Part shown: in pieces, positions 27,012 through 39,184 of the stretch
How positions within the stretch are numbered: the stretch's first letter is position 1
How the letters are laid out: the number at the start of each line of letters is the position of its first letter
Assembly: GCA_049999805.1 (NCBI GenBank)
Contig: JBNGIO010005227.1
Span: 1-57,519 of the forward strand
Direction of reading: 5' to 3'
DNA length: 57,519 nucleotides
Source: Folioceros fuciformis
Lineage: Eukaryota
Notes under the pieces: generated by a model
What the model was told of the DNA's origin: nothing
The model's input: only the letters and a program-made list of their open reading frames with translations
Databases searched by the model: none
Position numbers and translations under genes: made by a program

Positions 27012-28231
27012 ATGGGGAAGACGTCGCATCCCAGTTCCTGGCTTGGATGGTCCTGGGAATTCGAGGACATGGTGCAGCAGCAACCTCGGGGAAGTGAAGT
27101 GAAGTCGGAGGCCGCCCCGGATTCACGCCGGGCCAGATTCCGGATGCAAGCGGGGCCGTCCCGAGAGCAGATGCAGGCAGACCGCATCCTGAGCATCGTC
27201 CGCAGCATCCCCCCACCCGCCGCGCTGCATTTCCTGGCACCCGGCGGGGAATTTCGCTCAGGAAACGGGGCGGCATGGCCGTTCGCGGCTGTGCACGGCT
27301 TCCCGGCTCAGACCTGGCTGGAGATCGACTGGGAGGCGATACCAGCCAGCGCGGACCCGGCGCGCGGGGGCGGGTATAAGCCGGAGCNNNNNNNNNNNNN
27401 NNNNNNNNNNNNNNNNNNNNNNNNNNNNNNNNNNNNNNNNNNNNNNNNNNNNNNNNNNNNNNNNNNNNNNNNNNNNNNNNNNNNNNNAGGAGCCGGGTGC
27501 GGCACATGTGCCGAGGAGAGAGGAAACAGTGGCAGGTGAGCGGGATCGCGGGAATTCTCAAGTCCCTGGAGTTGGAGGAGGGATCCGTGGTGGTCGACTT
27601 CGGGTGTGGGTCCGGAGCGCTCACGCTTCCGCTGGCGGCCGTCTTCCCGGCCTTGGTTTTTGTCGGAGTGGATCTGAAACGGAAGAGCGTAGAGCTACTG
27701 CGGCAGCGGGCAGCGGCGGGAGGGTTGCCAAATGTGCGGGCGTGGTGCGGGAGTATCCAAAGTTTCAGGCAGCCGTTCCAGGCCTGCGTCGCTCTGCATG
27801 CTTGCGGATCCGCCACGGACATGGCCCTGGTGCAAGCGCTGGACAGGGCGTCCGCTTACGTCGTGTCGCCATGCTGCGTGGGGAAGTTGCAGCTAGAGCG
27901 TTGCGGAGGAGTGGCCCCGCTTGTGTACCCTAGGTCGCAGTGGCTTCGGTCTGCCATCTCCAGTGAGGACTTTTTGTTTCTCGCTCGGTCCGCGGACTGG
28001 AGCAGCTATGACCGGGACTGCACCGACAGCCAGTTGCATGCTCTATGCAAGGCCGTTGTGGAGCTGGATCGGAACCAGGCAGCCGTAGAGCGGGACTACG
28101 TAACTTCAATTTTCTCGCTGCCGAATCAGGCCGCCGGGGTCGTTGGCATCAGTCATATTCTGGTGGGAAGGCCGGATGATGAATTGCAGGGTCTCTCAGC
28201 TAGAACGCGGAGGAGAAAGCTTTCTCCCTGA
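27012..28231 (+). CDS. class I SAM-dependent methyltransferase (GSTCD C-terminal / Methyltransf_32-like); spans the 100-N gap at 27388-27487, start uncertain
   Basis: VVDFGCGSGALTLPLA, VGVD, VALHACGSATD and VVSPCCVGK motifs; upstream IDWEAIPASADP..G. Confidence 0.8.
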
Positions 28232-28275
28232 CAAAATTGTTCGAGAAGGCCACTGCAGGACCCGCTCTCTGAAAA

Positions 28276-30545
28276 TCAAAGGTCGGCGAAGAAATCTGGC
28301 TTAGCGGATTGGGGAAGATTGCTTCTCTTTGCCGTCTTGGATGCTTTGCTCCTGGCACCTGCTCGGCAAAAAGAAGACTTGCAGCAGGTTACGCTTCAAT
28401 CAGAAGCCTAGTACTTTGGGATTGAGAAGGAACGGGACCCTAAACCTCGCACCTTGCTCTTCCATCTCCACGTCGCTGTCATCTGAGTCGGAATCCGGTT
28501 GGGCCCCGTTGGCTGCCTCCGACTGCTCCTCGGTTTCTTCCTTCTCGTCTTCTTCAAACAGATACTTTATGTCCCAAATCTGCAAAGGAAGTCCCACACC
28601 TTCAGAGGAGAAACACACCACGAATCACGCAAGGACATGAGTTTCGTGACCTGACCTTCAGCAGATTATCGTGCGAGGCACTTCCTAGCATCTGACGGTC
28701 GTGTGAATATGCTGGGAAAAACAGCCAGATGAGTATGTCAGCAGGGCCACAAGCCAAGTGGTGAAAACAAGAGCAGCACGGTGTTGAGATTACATACCGA
28801 GTCGTTCAATTGGAAACTCAGCATGCTCCCCGACCACGCCGATCATTTTATTTGGCAAAATGGAGACAACTCTGGATACGAGAGCACATGGACCGAGATT
28901 AGACGCCAATGGGGGCCATGCTTTCGCAGTCAGCAGCAAATCGCAGTCAGCAGCAAAACGTACCTTATTATGCCGTCACTAGACCCTGTCAGTAGCGTGT
29001 CTTCGTCAAACTGCGACGGACCATACACGTTAAAAATTTTGCAGTCACAAAGCAGAATTGGATTCAAAAGCCAGAACTGGGTGTGTCGAATCTGTTGCAT
29101 GACTGCTCACTTTCAGCAAAGCTTCGACAGAGGATGGATGCCCAACAAATCGATCACTGCACACAAGTCCGCAACAGTCAATACAGCCCTGCTCGTCCCT
29201 ATGCCAATCAAGACATTGGATGCAGCAACAACCTGATCCCTAGACTCTAAGAAGAGCTAATGGTCACCTGCAATCCCTGAAGTGACCCCATGAGTAAATT
29301 AGCAGCACCCCGTCTTGAGATCCACATATTACTTTCCGCCCATTCTGCATCAGCAGAATACACCCATCAGCCGCTTGTATGGAAAACTAGGACTATAACT
29401 GATCTTCTGCATCCGACAGGTGTTTGAAATACCTTAGCCACCACAACAGAGAGCAGCTCGTCCTCGGAAAACTCAGATTGAGCATCTACCTGCAGACATC
29501 ATGTGAGGGGCCATCCCATCCATACTCATCCTCTGGGCGAACAAAAGTCTCATCACCCTTACCCGCTGAGCCCGAACATCGTAAACCGAGAGAGTTCCAT
29601 CACCGCTGAAAACAAAGCGGTCAATGCCATTGTTATTCATGTCTCTACTGCTCTATGGAGCTTCCAGTGAAAGCTCTTGAATAGTGAACCAAAACACCGA
29701 AAAAGCTGGAATTCAAGGAGAAACTGTACCTCACTCCAAGCAACCGCGTAGAATCTGGCACATATTCCATGTCCGTTATGAAGTCATCATGGGCAGTGTA
29801 ACTGCAGCAACATATGTTCTGCCTCTCGTCCCAAACCTTGACAAACCAGAGACTGCACCTGTAAATGACACATGCAGCACCAGGTAACCGATTCCGAATT
29901 TTTCACCTCAACCCAGCCGTACCTTAATCATACCCTCATCATCCCCAGTCGCCATCGTAGTTTCCGCGACATTCACCATTCGATTGATGGCCGTCCTGGA
30001 ACCAACAAGACCCCAATCCTAAGCCTCCTTTAATCCAGCAACACAGGAATCCAAAAAACAACATAGGGCAAAGGTCTCCAAGTCTTCCACAACATCAGGA
30101 AGCTGATTTACTCACGGATGCGCATCAGTTAATCGAGCAGCAGCCTGTCCAGTGCTTGTATCGGTGGCAAGGATAGACTTATCCGGGCCTGCAGTCATCA
30201 CAACTGTACCCCAACCACAACCACAGCCAAAGTTACAAGTCCCAGCTCAGCTGGAGCTTCATTACAATCCTTCGAAGTCCAATATCAAAATTCTCCACTG
30301 CTGCAGTGTGCAAAAGAAACCCATCACTCACATCGACCTCCGTCTCCAAACCGTACGGCCCTGCACGAACTGCTGTGCGCACTGACATCCCATATCCTGT
30401 TCACGTCCTCGGACACCGAAGCACGGTACAAATGGACGTGCCCCGTGATAAGGCCAACAGCGACGAGAGGCTCGGCAGGATGGAACGCCAAATCGAAAGG
30501 CACTCCTCCCAGATTCACCTCCTGGCATCCGTTGGAGCCCGCCAT
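28276..30545 (-). CDS. WDR55: WD40 repeat protein 55
   Basis: MAGSNGCQEVNLGGVPFDLAFHP...AHSSSCRAVRF, ATGDDEG, LLTGSSDGII, IWDIKYLF, an acidic tail and the C-terminus PDFFADL*. Confidence 0.9.
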
Positions 30546-30877
30546 CGCCAGGGCCTCGGCCTCCGAGAACACCGAGCAAAATCAAAATTCAGGTTTTGTT
30601 TCGGGGCCTTATTACACTCATACATACACATCCTCAAACAAAGAGACACTACGTGTAGTCAGCAGTCTATATTTGTACATAGGTATACATATTGGTGGGT
30701 ACATACGCTGTATGATTTTGCACAATCCGACCGAGCCTAGGTTTAGATACTGGGACTGAAGACCGGGAGGCAAACGTACATATGCGAAGCCGACTAAGTC
30801 GAGCTCGCAAGGTAGTCTGTCTTGTCGCAGGCTGGCTGCGGGGGAGCTTCCTGCTGTTGACGTGACGGGGCTCCGGG

Positions 30878-33800
30878 ATGGGGTCCGTCTACATTCCCGT
30901 GCACAATTCCTCTGAGGAGGTTAGGGTGGCCTTGAACGAATTGCCTAGAGACGCGGCCGATATTCTCGACATCCTGAAGGCGGAGGAGGCGCCTCTCAGT
31001 CTCTGGCTCACGTTTGCGGTACTGGACTCCCGCCTTGAGGTTGCTCTCATTTTGGAATCTGATTCGGTGAGCAGTTGGAGTGATGGCGCGCTTGTGTGGT
31101 TGCTCAGAGGGAGTACTTCAAGCAGGGCAAAGTGAATGAGTTCTTACAAATTTTGGAAGAGGGATCCAGTTCAGGTGTGTTGGATTGACGGGCTTCCGGC
31201 GCGGAGCGGGAGGAGGTGGTTTGGATGCTGACGGCTGGTGCTGTGGTGCAGAGATCGATAACTATTTTAGCGACGTGAAGTACGACCGGATCGCAATTCT
31301 GAACGCGTTGGGAGCGTATTACACCAATCAGGGGAAGCAGGAGGTGAAGCAGAGGGAGAAAGATGATTGTTTTATTCGTGCAACTCATTATTACAACAAA
31401 GCTTCAAGAATCGATCAACAAGAGCCGACTACTTGGGTTGGGAAAGGTGGATACGGAGCTGCTGTGGTGTGCACGCACGGTGTCTGGAATTCATGCTGCC
31501 TTGTCTTTGCCGTTGTCGTGAAACTCTGAGTTTCTTCCAGGTCAGTTGCTTCTGGCGAAAGGTGACCTGGACCAGTCTTTTGAGCTTTTCAAGATTGTCC
31601 TGGACGGCCATCCGGAGAACGTGCCAGCTCTCCTGGGGCAGGTATGGGTTGCTGTTGTATGCAGCGCTTCGGGCATGCCGTTACTTCTTGACTTGAAGTT
31701 TTTTTAATTCGTGTGACCTCTTCTAGGCCTGCGTTCAGTTCAATCGTGGCAAGTTCCAAGAGGCCTTGAACCTGTACAAAGTAAGTCTCTCGATGCTTTC
31801 ATTGCTAGTGCTTGAGTGGCTATGGGGTGTGGCGTCGTAGCTCACTGTTTGTGTTTCATGACCTGTAGAAAGCCCTGCAAATTCATCCACAGTGCCCACC
31901 GTCTGTGCGGCTTGGGATGGGACTTTGCCGTTTGCGACTAGGGCAACTAATCAAGGCACGCCAAGCTTTTGAAAGGGTCCTGCAGGTATGCAGCCTGCGT
32001 GTTAATGCTGCTGACAACGGTTGGAGATTTTGTTCTGCTGTAAAGTGGACACTGCTGTGACGTGGCAGCTTGATCCTGAAAATGTGGAAGCGCTGGTCGC
32101 ATTGGGCACCATGGACATCAGCACAAATGATCGTGAGTAGAACCGTCCCGCACTTTTGTTTCACTGTTTTGGGTTGAGTACCTTTTAGTTGAAGTGTGGT
32201 GGAACTTGTTCTTATTACATGTCTGTGTTTGGTTCTTATGACCAGGTGACAACGTGAGAGAAGGGATGGAAAAGATGCGTGCTGCTTATGAGATCTATCC
32301 ATTTTGTCCTATGGCGTTAAACCATCTGGCGAATCATTACTTTTACACTGGTCAGCATTACATTGTGGAGCAACTTATGGAAGCTGCACTTGCGAGTACT
32401 GATCATCCTTTGATCAAATCTCAAAGTTATTACAACCTTGCCAGATCATACCACACTAAGGTCTTGGCTCTAGCCATGTGCACTTATTTTGTTGTATGCC
32501 TCTTGGTGGTCCTCGGGAAACTGTACTTGGTACTTCGTTGGCACTGACACTTGGTCTGTCATTTCTCGCAGCATGATTATGAGAAGGCAGCAGCCTATTA
32601 CAGAGCGGCAATTCAAGACCTAAAAAGCCCTCGAGACTTTGTGCTTCCTTATTATGGTGAGTTCTTTCGAGAAAAAGTTTGAAGTACAGCTAGTTGCAGG
32701 CAGACAGAGGTAAATGGACCTTGACGCCGAATCTGTGGTGAACAGGGTTGGGCCAGGCTCAGTTAAAACTTGGTGATGTAAAATCTGCACTTGCCAACTT
32801 TGAGAAAGTCCTGGATGTTCAACCTGAAAACTGCGACAGTCTGAAGGTTTCATGCCCTGTGGTTACTATGTCTGTAAGTTTCTTGGATTGTAATGTTCAA
32901 ACCAACAACCAACACTTCTGTTGGACTGTAGGCAATTGGCCATATTTACGTGCAACAAGGCCGAACAGATAAGGGTTTGGAAAATTTTCGCAAGGCCACC
33001 AAGCACAACTCTCGTGATGTTGATGTACGATTTTATCGTTGAGGCTCTGATCCAGCACAGCAGATGCTTGTATTATGCCACCTTTTCCGTCTTGTATGCT
33101 GATCCATCTTGATTTTCATTGAACCAGGCGTGGGTGGAAATCGGTGATCTTTTGGTCGCAACAGATATAGGCCAAGCCCTTGAAGCTTTGGAAACTGTAA
33201 GACACTTTCACGTCGTGTTTAAAAGTTTTAGCCATTATTTTGAGATGATTATCTTGAAGCATTTTGTTGTATCTTTGTGCCAGGCCCTAAATCTCCTCAG
33301 GAAACAGCAAGAACACATTCCTTTTCAACTCCTGAATAATATAGGAGTTCTCTATTTGGAGCGCGGAGAGTATGAAGTACGTTGGGTCACTGACCTTTGT
33401 GTCAGTTCAGTGCCTTGCAATTTACTTTTTATGCTGTCTGTTACATTGATTTCTCTCTCTTGGCAGGCTGCACAGCAGTCATTTAGGGAAGCATTAAATG
33501 TTGGGGAAAGCGAGAATTTCTTCACACGACTAGAACAGGAAGGAATGGCTTCAGATGTTCCTCTAGAACACGTTACGGTTCTTTTCAACTTGGCAAGGGT
33601 TCATGAGCTCTTAAATGAGACTGGCAAGGCAACAGTTTTGTACGAGCTCATTATATCGAAGGTATGCTGATGCCGAGATGCATTGAACCCAGTTGGTTGC
33701 TTCATCTGGAGTGGATCCTAAAGTAGCTGTGCGTGTTTCATTATGACCAGCATCCAGGATATGTGGATGCCTACCTCAGGCTGGCTGCCATGGCTCTAGC

Positions 33801-36151
33801 GAAGAATGAAATAGCACTCAGTACTGAGCTGGTATTGTTATTATTCTTCTTTTGGGCCATGGTTTGCTTTGCATTCCATGAGTGGATCAGATTGGTTGGT
33901 AAGCTGCTGAAGCCTGCTGTATGCCTTGAGGTGTACAGATTTCTTACTTTACTCATCTCTTGCAGGTTTCAAGGGCCTTGGAGAAGAATGAGCGGCATGC
34001 TGATGCTTTGACATTCCGGGCTAACCTTGAGCTAAAGGTGGATGACTGGCTGAAAGCCAAGGAAACAATCAAGGAGGTGCTCCAGTTGTCAGATGCCAAG
34101 GATAACTACGCAAATCTGCAATTGGTGAGCAAGCCCAAACAGGGAAGCCTAGTCGCTTGCCTGTCTGTCGGCTAGTAATGGTGGCATGAGACTTGCTATG
34201 CCTATTGTGCACAGGGGAACTGGAACTACTATGCTGCTGTTCGAGGTGAACGGAAGGATCCAAAGTTGGAAGCAACTCATCTGGAAAAAGCGAAAGAGTT
34301 GTATGTGAAGGTCGGCTCGTAGCTCATTATGGCCTGATTGGTTATGTCATTCTCATTTTGCAGTTTGAACGTATGCTGACTCTGCATGGTTGGGCAGGTG
34401 CTAAACCAGAAGCCCAACAACATGTATGCAGCCAATGGGATTGGAGTTGTTTTAGCTGAGAAAGGCTTGTTTGATCAAGCCAAGGAAATTTTCACTCAGG
34501 TTGTATGCCCTCAGGCGCCATGCCTTGTGTTGAATTTCCTTGGGTGTTCTTCTCAATTGTTTCTTCCTGGTGTCTTTGGCTTATGAAATGTGTTGATCTT
34601 GTGGGAAACTGAAATGTTTGGTTGTAGGTTCAAGAGTCAGCCTCAGGAAATATCACAGTCGAAATGCCCGATGTTTGGATCAACCTAGCTCACGTATTCT
34701 TTGCACAGGGCCAGTTTGCCCTGGCTGTCAAAATGGTAGTTCTGCCTTACTCCGTCGTCTACGCCTGTTTTTGACTGTTGGTAATTGATTGGGCCTTGTG
34801 TTTCGGGATGCGTTAACTTGAATCGTTGGACTGCAGTATCAAAATTGTTTAAGAAGATTCTACCACAACACAGACACCCAGATACTGCTGTATCTGGCAA
34901 GAACACATTATGAAGCAGAACAGTGGCAGGAGTGCAAGCGTGTGCTACTGCGTTCCATCCATCTGCAGCCTTCAAACTACACGCTGAGGTTCGACGCTGC
35001 AATTGCGATGCAAAAGTACTCCACTGCCACGCTGCAAAAAGCGAAGCGCTCTGCGGATGAGGTATGCGCAAGGTCTTCTGGTAGTTCGACAAGAGATAAT
35101 GTAGGGTATGTGTTAGACCTATTCCTCGATCAGGAGATGATGCAGTAATGCTTTCGATATGTCATACAGGTTCGACAGTCTGTCGCGGAACTGAAAAATG
35201 CCTTGCGGCTTTTCAGCCAGCTGTCTGGCATCAGTTCCCACCATCTGCATGGGTTTGACGAGAAAAAGATAGATATGCATGTGGAGTATTGCAAGCACCT
35301 TCTGGAGGCTGCGAAAGTGCACTTGGAAGCTGCTGAACGGGAAGAGCAACAAACTCGCCAAAAGCAGGAGGTTGCTCGCCAACTAGCAATGGCTGAAGAG
35401 GCACGTCGGAAAGCAGAAGAAGAGCGCAAGCTTCAGCTGGAGCGTAGGAAACGGGACGACGAATTCCGAAAAGTACAGGAGCAGGAGGCGAAGTTGACGA
35501 GGTGGAAGGTATGTACGAGTAGGATGCAGTGATTTCGGCCTGGATCCACAGCAGCAGCCTTCGAGCAGGTACAGTAAACAGTAAAATACTTCGTTACGTA
35601 GTAATTAGTTTTGGTACCTTTGTGGCAGGATTCATGGAAGGAAAAAGAGAAGCGCAGAGAAAAGGCGGCGCCTGACGAAGATGATGGCTTCATAGCCCCT
35701 GAGAAGAAAGAGAAAAAGAAGAAAAGGAGAAAGCGAGAGAAGAAGCAACGTGATGAGTACGAAGAAAGAACTCAGGACGAACCTGAGGACGAACCTGTTT
35801 CTGACGACATGGCTGCGGCTGGGCTGGAGGACAGTGACGACGGCTTGGTGAGAAACTCTGTATCTTGATGTCGTCTCAAGAAACTGATGTCGGGCCAGCA
35901 GCAGTTGATCAACCCGCTTTCATGTTCAGGTGCAGGACGACAGACATCGACACAAGCGAGGGCGACGGCAGGCCTTGTCCGAGTCGGACGAGGATATGGC
36001 TCGGCGTGAGGATGATGCCTCTCACAGACGAAAACGATATGTCGATAGTGACGAAGACGGTGAAGAGGAAGGGGCGATCCAGCACGACTCCAATGGTCAT
36101 CACGGGGACAGGAGTCGCAAATACAGGAAAGGAGATGGCCACAGCGACTAG
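30878..36151 (+). CDS. CTR9: PAF1 complex TPR subunit CTR9 (VIP6/ELF8)
   Basis: MGSVYIPVHNSSEEVRVALNELP..ILDILKAEEAPLSLW, MALNHLANHYFYTG, HPGYVDAYLRL, NMYAANGIGVVLAEKG, DVWINLAHV and a charged C-terminal tail; many short introns. Confidence 0.96.
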
Positions 36152-36746
36152 GTCGTATACGCGACTTATTCTGGGAATTGACGTAGCCTCCTAGTTTCTC
36201 AACAGCATCCGCTTGCCGCAAATTTGGCGTCACGCGCTTCTGATGCATGCAGAATGGTCACCACTGCGCTCACCGTCGAAGGTCTGGATGCGATGCGCAG
36301 CCGGTCAGGCGTTTTGTGTTGTGTGGGTGTTTTTGTAATTTTTTATTGTCTTGCACGCATTTGTTTTGTTGAGTCTGTCCCACTGATGATCACCTTGCGG
36401 TGGGCTGTGGCAGTGTTTAGGGTTCATGGCCAACTTGCTGCGCAGCCCCGCCCTTCAGCTGATTCTGGCATAACTGGCTGGTACACTGTTGGAGGCTAGG
36501 TTTAGCGGGATGTGGAGTGACGTCGCGGTGTGAGACAGTGGTGAAGCCAGCGTAGTGGAAGGCTTCCACTGACAGCAAGTCCAGGCTATCATTCTTTCAT
36601 CTGTATTCTTGTGCATACTGTTTCCTTGTTCCCGGTGAAGAAAATTTCCTTACCATAATTTTTTATGTTTATTTTCCATTTGTTGGAGACATTATCTTCG
36701 GACTATGTACTCTTCCATGTCAGCGTCTTCAGCCGTGTTCCGAGCC

Positions 36747-37810
36747 ATGGACTGCAGAGTGTGCTTCGAGGTCGAGCGGCGAGGCATCCGACCTCCTCCT
36801 GGCATGACGACTGTGGCACAGCTTCCCCTTGCGCACTCGTCCGCCGTGCCTCAATCCATCCAGCTGCCACAGTGCGGTTCTTTTAGCTCCCACCGCCGCC
36901 CGCTGAGAGCCAGTGTACGCGTCCCGAGGGCTACTGGGGCCCGAGTAGCTCTCCAGGTGCAGGCGTCCATAGCCGCCGGCCCCATCTCCGACCTGGTGCG
37001 AGTCTGTGTCTTCTACGCCCTGTTGCAAGCAGGAATCGCGGGCCCGTCTTGGGCTACCAGTCCACAAGGTGCGTAATAGTACTCTAGGATGGTTGCGCTT
37101 GCGGCAATGTGAATGTCGGGTTCCGGGAGTCCTTTAGCTCGTGTAATTCGCTGTTGTGTGTGTCCAATTGCAGGAGAGAGCGGTAGGTTGTTGCCGTCAT
37201 GGCTCAAGGGCATGTTTGCAAGCGGCCGTGGTACGCTTCAGCGCCTTTAGACCTACGGAAGGTGCTATTAAGCTAGCGCTTGTGGCACTTGGCAGCTGTG
37301 GTGATGTGTGGTTTGCGGGCCCCGTCTCTGACTTCACATTGCAGAGCACTGAAACAGTGGCGCACAAGGACCTGTCGAGGGTGCGCACCCAGTGGCATGC
37401 TAGCACCAAGGGCACGCTGGTGCGACGATACAGGGTGCCGACCAAAAGGGAGGGGCGGAGGCTGTTGAACGCAATTTCGTCTTTGCTCTCGGACGACGAC
37501 ACTTTCAGAGACGTAGCCACGCACAAGGCATGGTCTATCTCCTCATCCCTTGTGTGCAACATCTGCTCTTGGCTGGTCACTTCTGAGCCCTGCCGCTTGT
37601 ACACGTTGCGCGCAGGGGTGCCAGATAAGGCGGGAGAACGCCCATGCGGAAAGTGTGTGCTGCAACAATGTAAGGGCATTATTCGACGAACTCCCCACGC
37701 CGCACCTAGTGGTTGAGATCACTGTGTTTCCACCTGGTCCGGTCACTGATGCTCATTACCAGAAGGCTGAGAAATTGGAGAAGGTGCTCAAGGCCGGGAA
37801 CTCTATATAA
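36747..37810 (+). CDS. conserved plant protein of unknown function, probably plastid-targeted
   Basis: Transit-peptide-like exon 1, then LVRRYRVPTKREGRRLLNAISSLLSDDD..ATHK|GCQIRRENAHAESVCCNNVRALFDELPTPHLVVEIT..KAEKLEKVL. GC-AG intron at 37528-37615. Confidence 0.75.
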
Positions 37811-38224
37811 GATCGGTAGATATGGCTCCCAAGGTAGTGCCTAGTGATCGAGTGTAGAAGAGCAGGCATCAGGTTGATGTAGACGAGTTAAGCGGCCGTG
37901 TACTAGTATGCCATGGGTAGGGCATGAAGCCTTCAGTGCCTTTCTTACTCGAGATGCTGTGTTTCTTCCTCATTTCTCAACGTTACCGTTTAAGATTTGC
38001 CTTCGACGTAGTCCACTCCACTGTCTAGTGCTGTCGCCAGTCTCGCTCTACCATCACTCTCACCCCGTTCCTTGAAATTGAGAAAACTGCCTGTCCACTT
38101 GGAATAGACACAGCACATCGCGAGACAAGGGGTGAGATCAACCGATGAAACAGCCCGTCCTTCGTACAATACGAGTCGATGGTAGATTGCGGTGTGATTC
38201 CCGCGCCTCTGTTGCACAGATGGA

Positions 38225-38397
38225 GGCCTGCCATTGTTGCCTTGGGATACAGGAAGGCCAGTCGTTATTGCTTTAGGATGCGAGTTGGCCTGCAATTGTT
38301 ACCTTCCGATTTTGGTAGGCCTGCCATTGTTGGCATCGGATGCAAGTAGGGCTGCCATTCCTGGCTTGGGATGTAAGTCGGCCTGCTACTTATTGCC
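38225..38397. repeat. degenerate 31-bp minisatellite, ~5.5 units
   Basis: Units begin at 38225, 38256, 38287, 38318, 38349 and 38380; consensus ~ggcctgccattgttgccttgggatgcaagta. Confidence 0.85.
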
Positions 38398-39184
38398 TGC
38401 CGATTCGCGTTAGTGTGCCAGTGTTGGCTCTCGCGTCCCTTGTTGCTTTGGTTGTAGCTCACTTCAATCAAAGTGCGCACTGGATGGAATATTGGATATG
38501 GTAGGCATTCTTGTAGCTGACTTTCGCCATCTTGGGCACTGAAGGTAAGTAGGTTTGCTATTTCGCTTTGGTTGTATCTTACTTTCGTGGCGGGGGCAGG
38601 TTCGAGGACGTTCGCAATCCATGCGATGGACTCTGGATAATGGGTCTTCCATCTGAGCCGTAGCCCAACTAGACCGGTTCTGATCTGTAACGGGTTGGAC
38701 GAGCTCAACTCTTCCAGAGCCCAGCGCACTGCTTGTTTCACATCCTCCTTCACTTGGCTTCTATAAAAGTTTCTACCGCTAGTTATCACAGTGAGCCGCA
38801 AGCAAAGCTAGATGGGAAACGAGGGGCAGCGAATCTTTACGTGAGCCATTCAAGCATGGACAATTGCATAACCTCCGCAGGCACTGCAGGCTTGACGATT
38901 GCAGATAATGAATATCAAATGCTTGGTGGAACCAAGAATTCTTAGCGCCTCCAAGAGAAAAGTTCCTCCAAACCCTCAGGGTCTAGTGTCCTTGTTGTAA
39001 GTCCTAGTCCATCTAAGACAAGGTCCAGAACCCGCCGTTCTGGACTTGGACACCACTCTTAGCACCTATCTCTCTGCTTATACTCTTGAAGAAGCACGGC
39101 CACAGCTAACGCAATTCATTTTGGCAATCGTCATCTGTGCGAATCCGCATACAAAACACCACTTTGTCCAGACAACTCGAGCCG

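Noticed and set aside
38225-38397. CRISPR-like periodicity
   Set aside because: Contiguous degenerate units with no constant repeat / unique spacer alternation, no cas genes, and a eukaryotic context.
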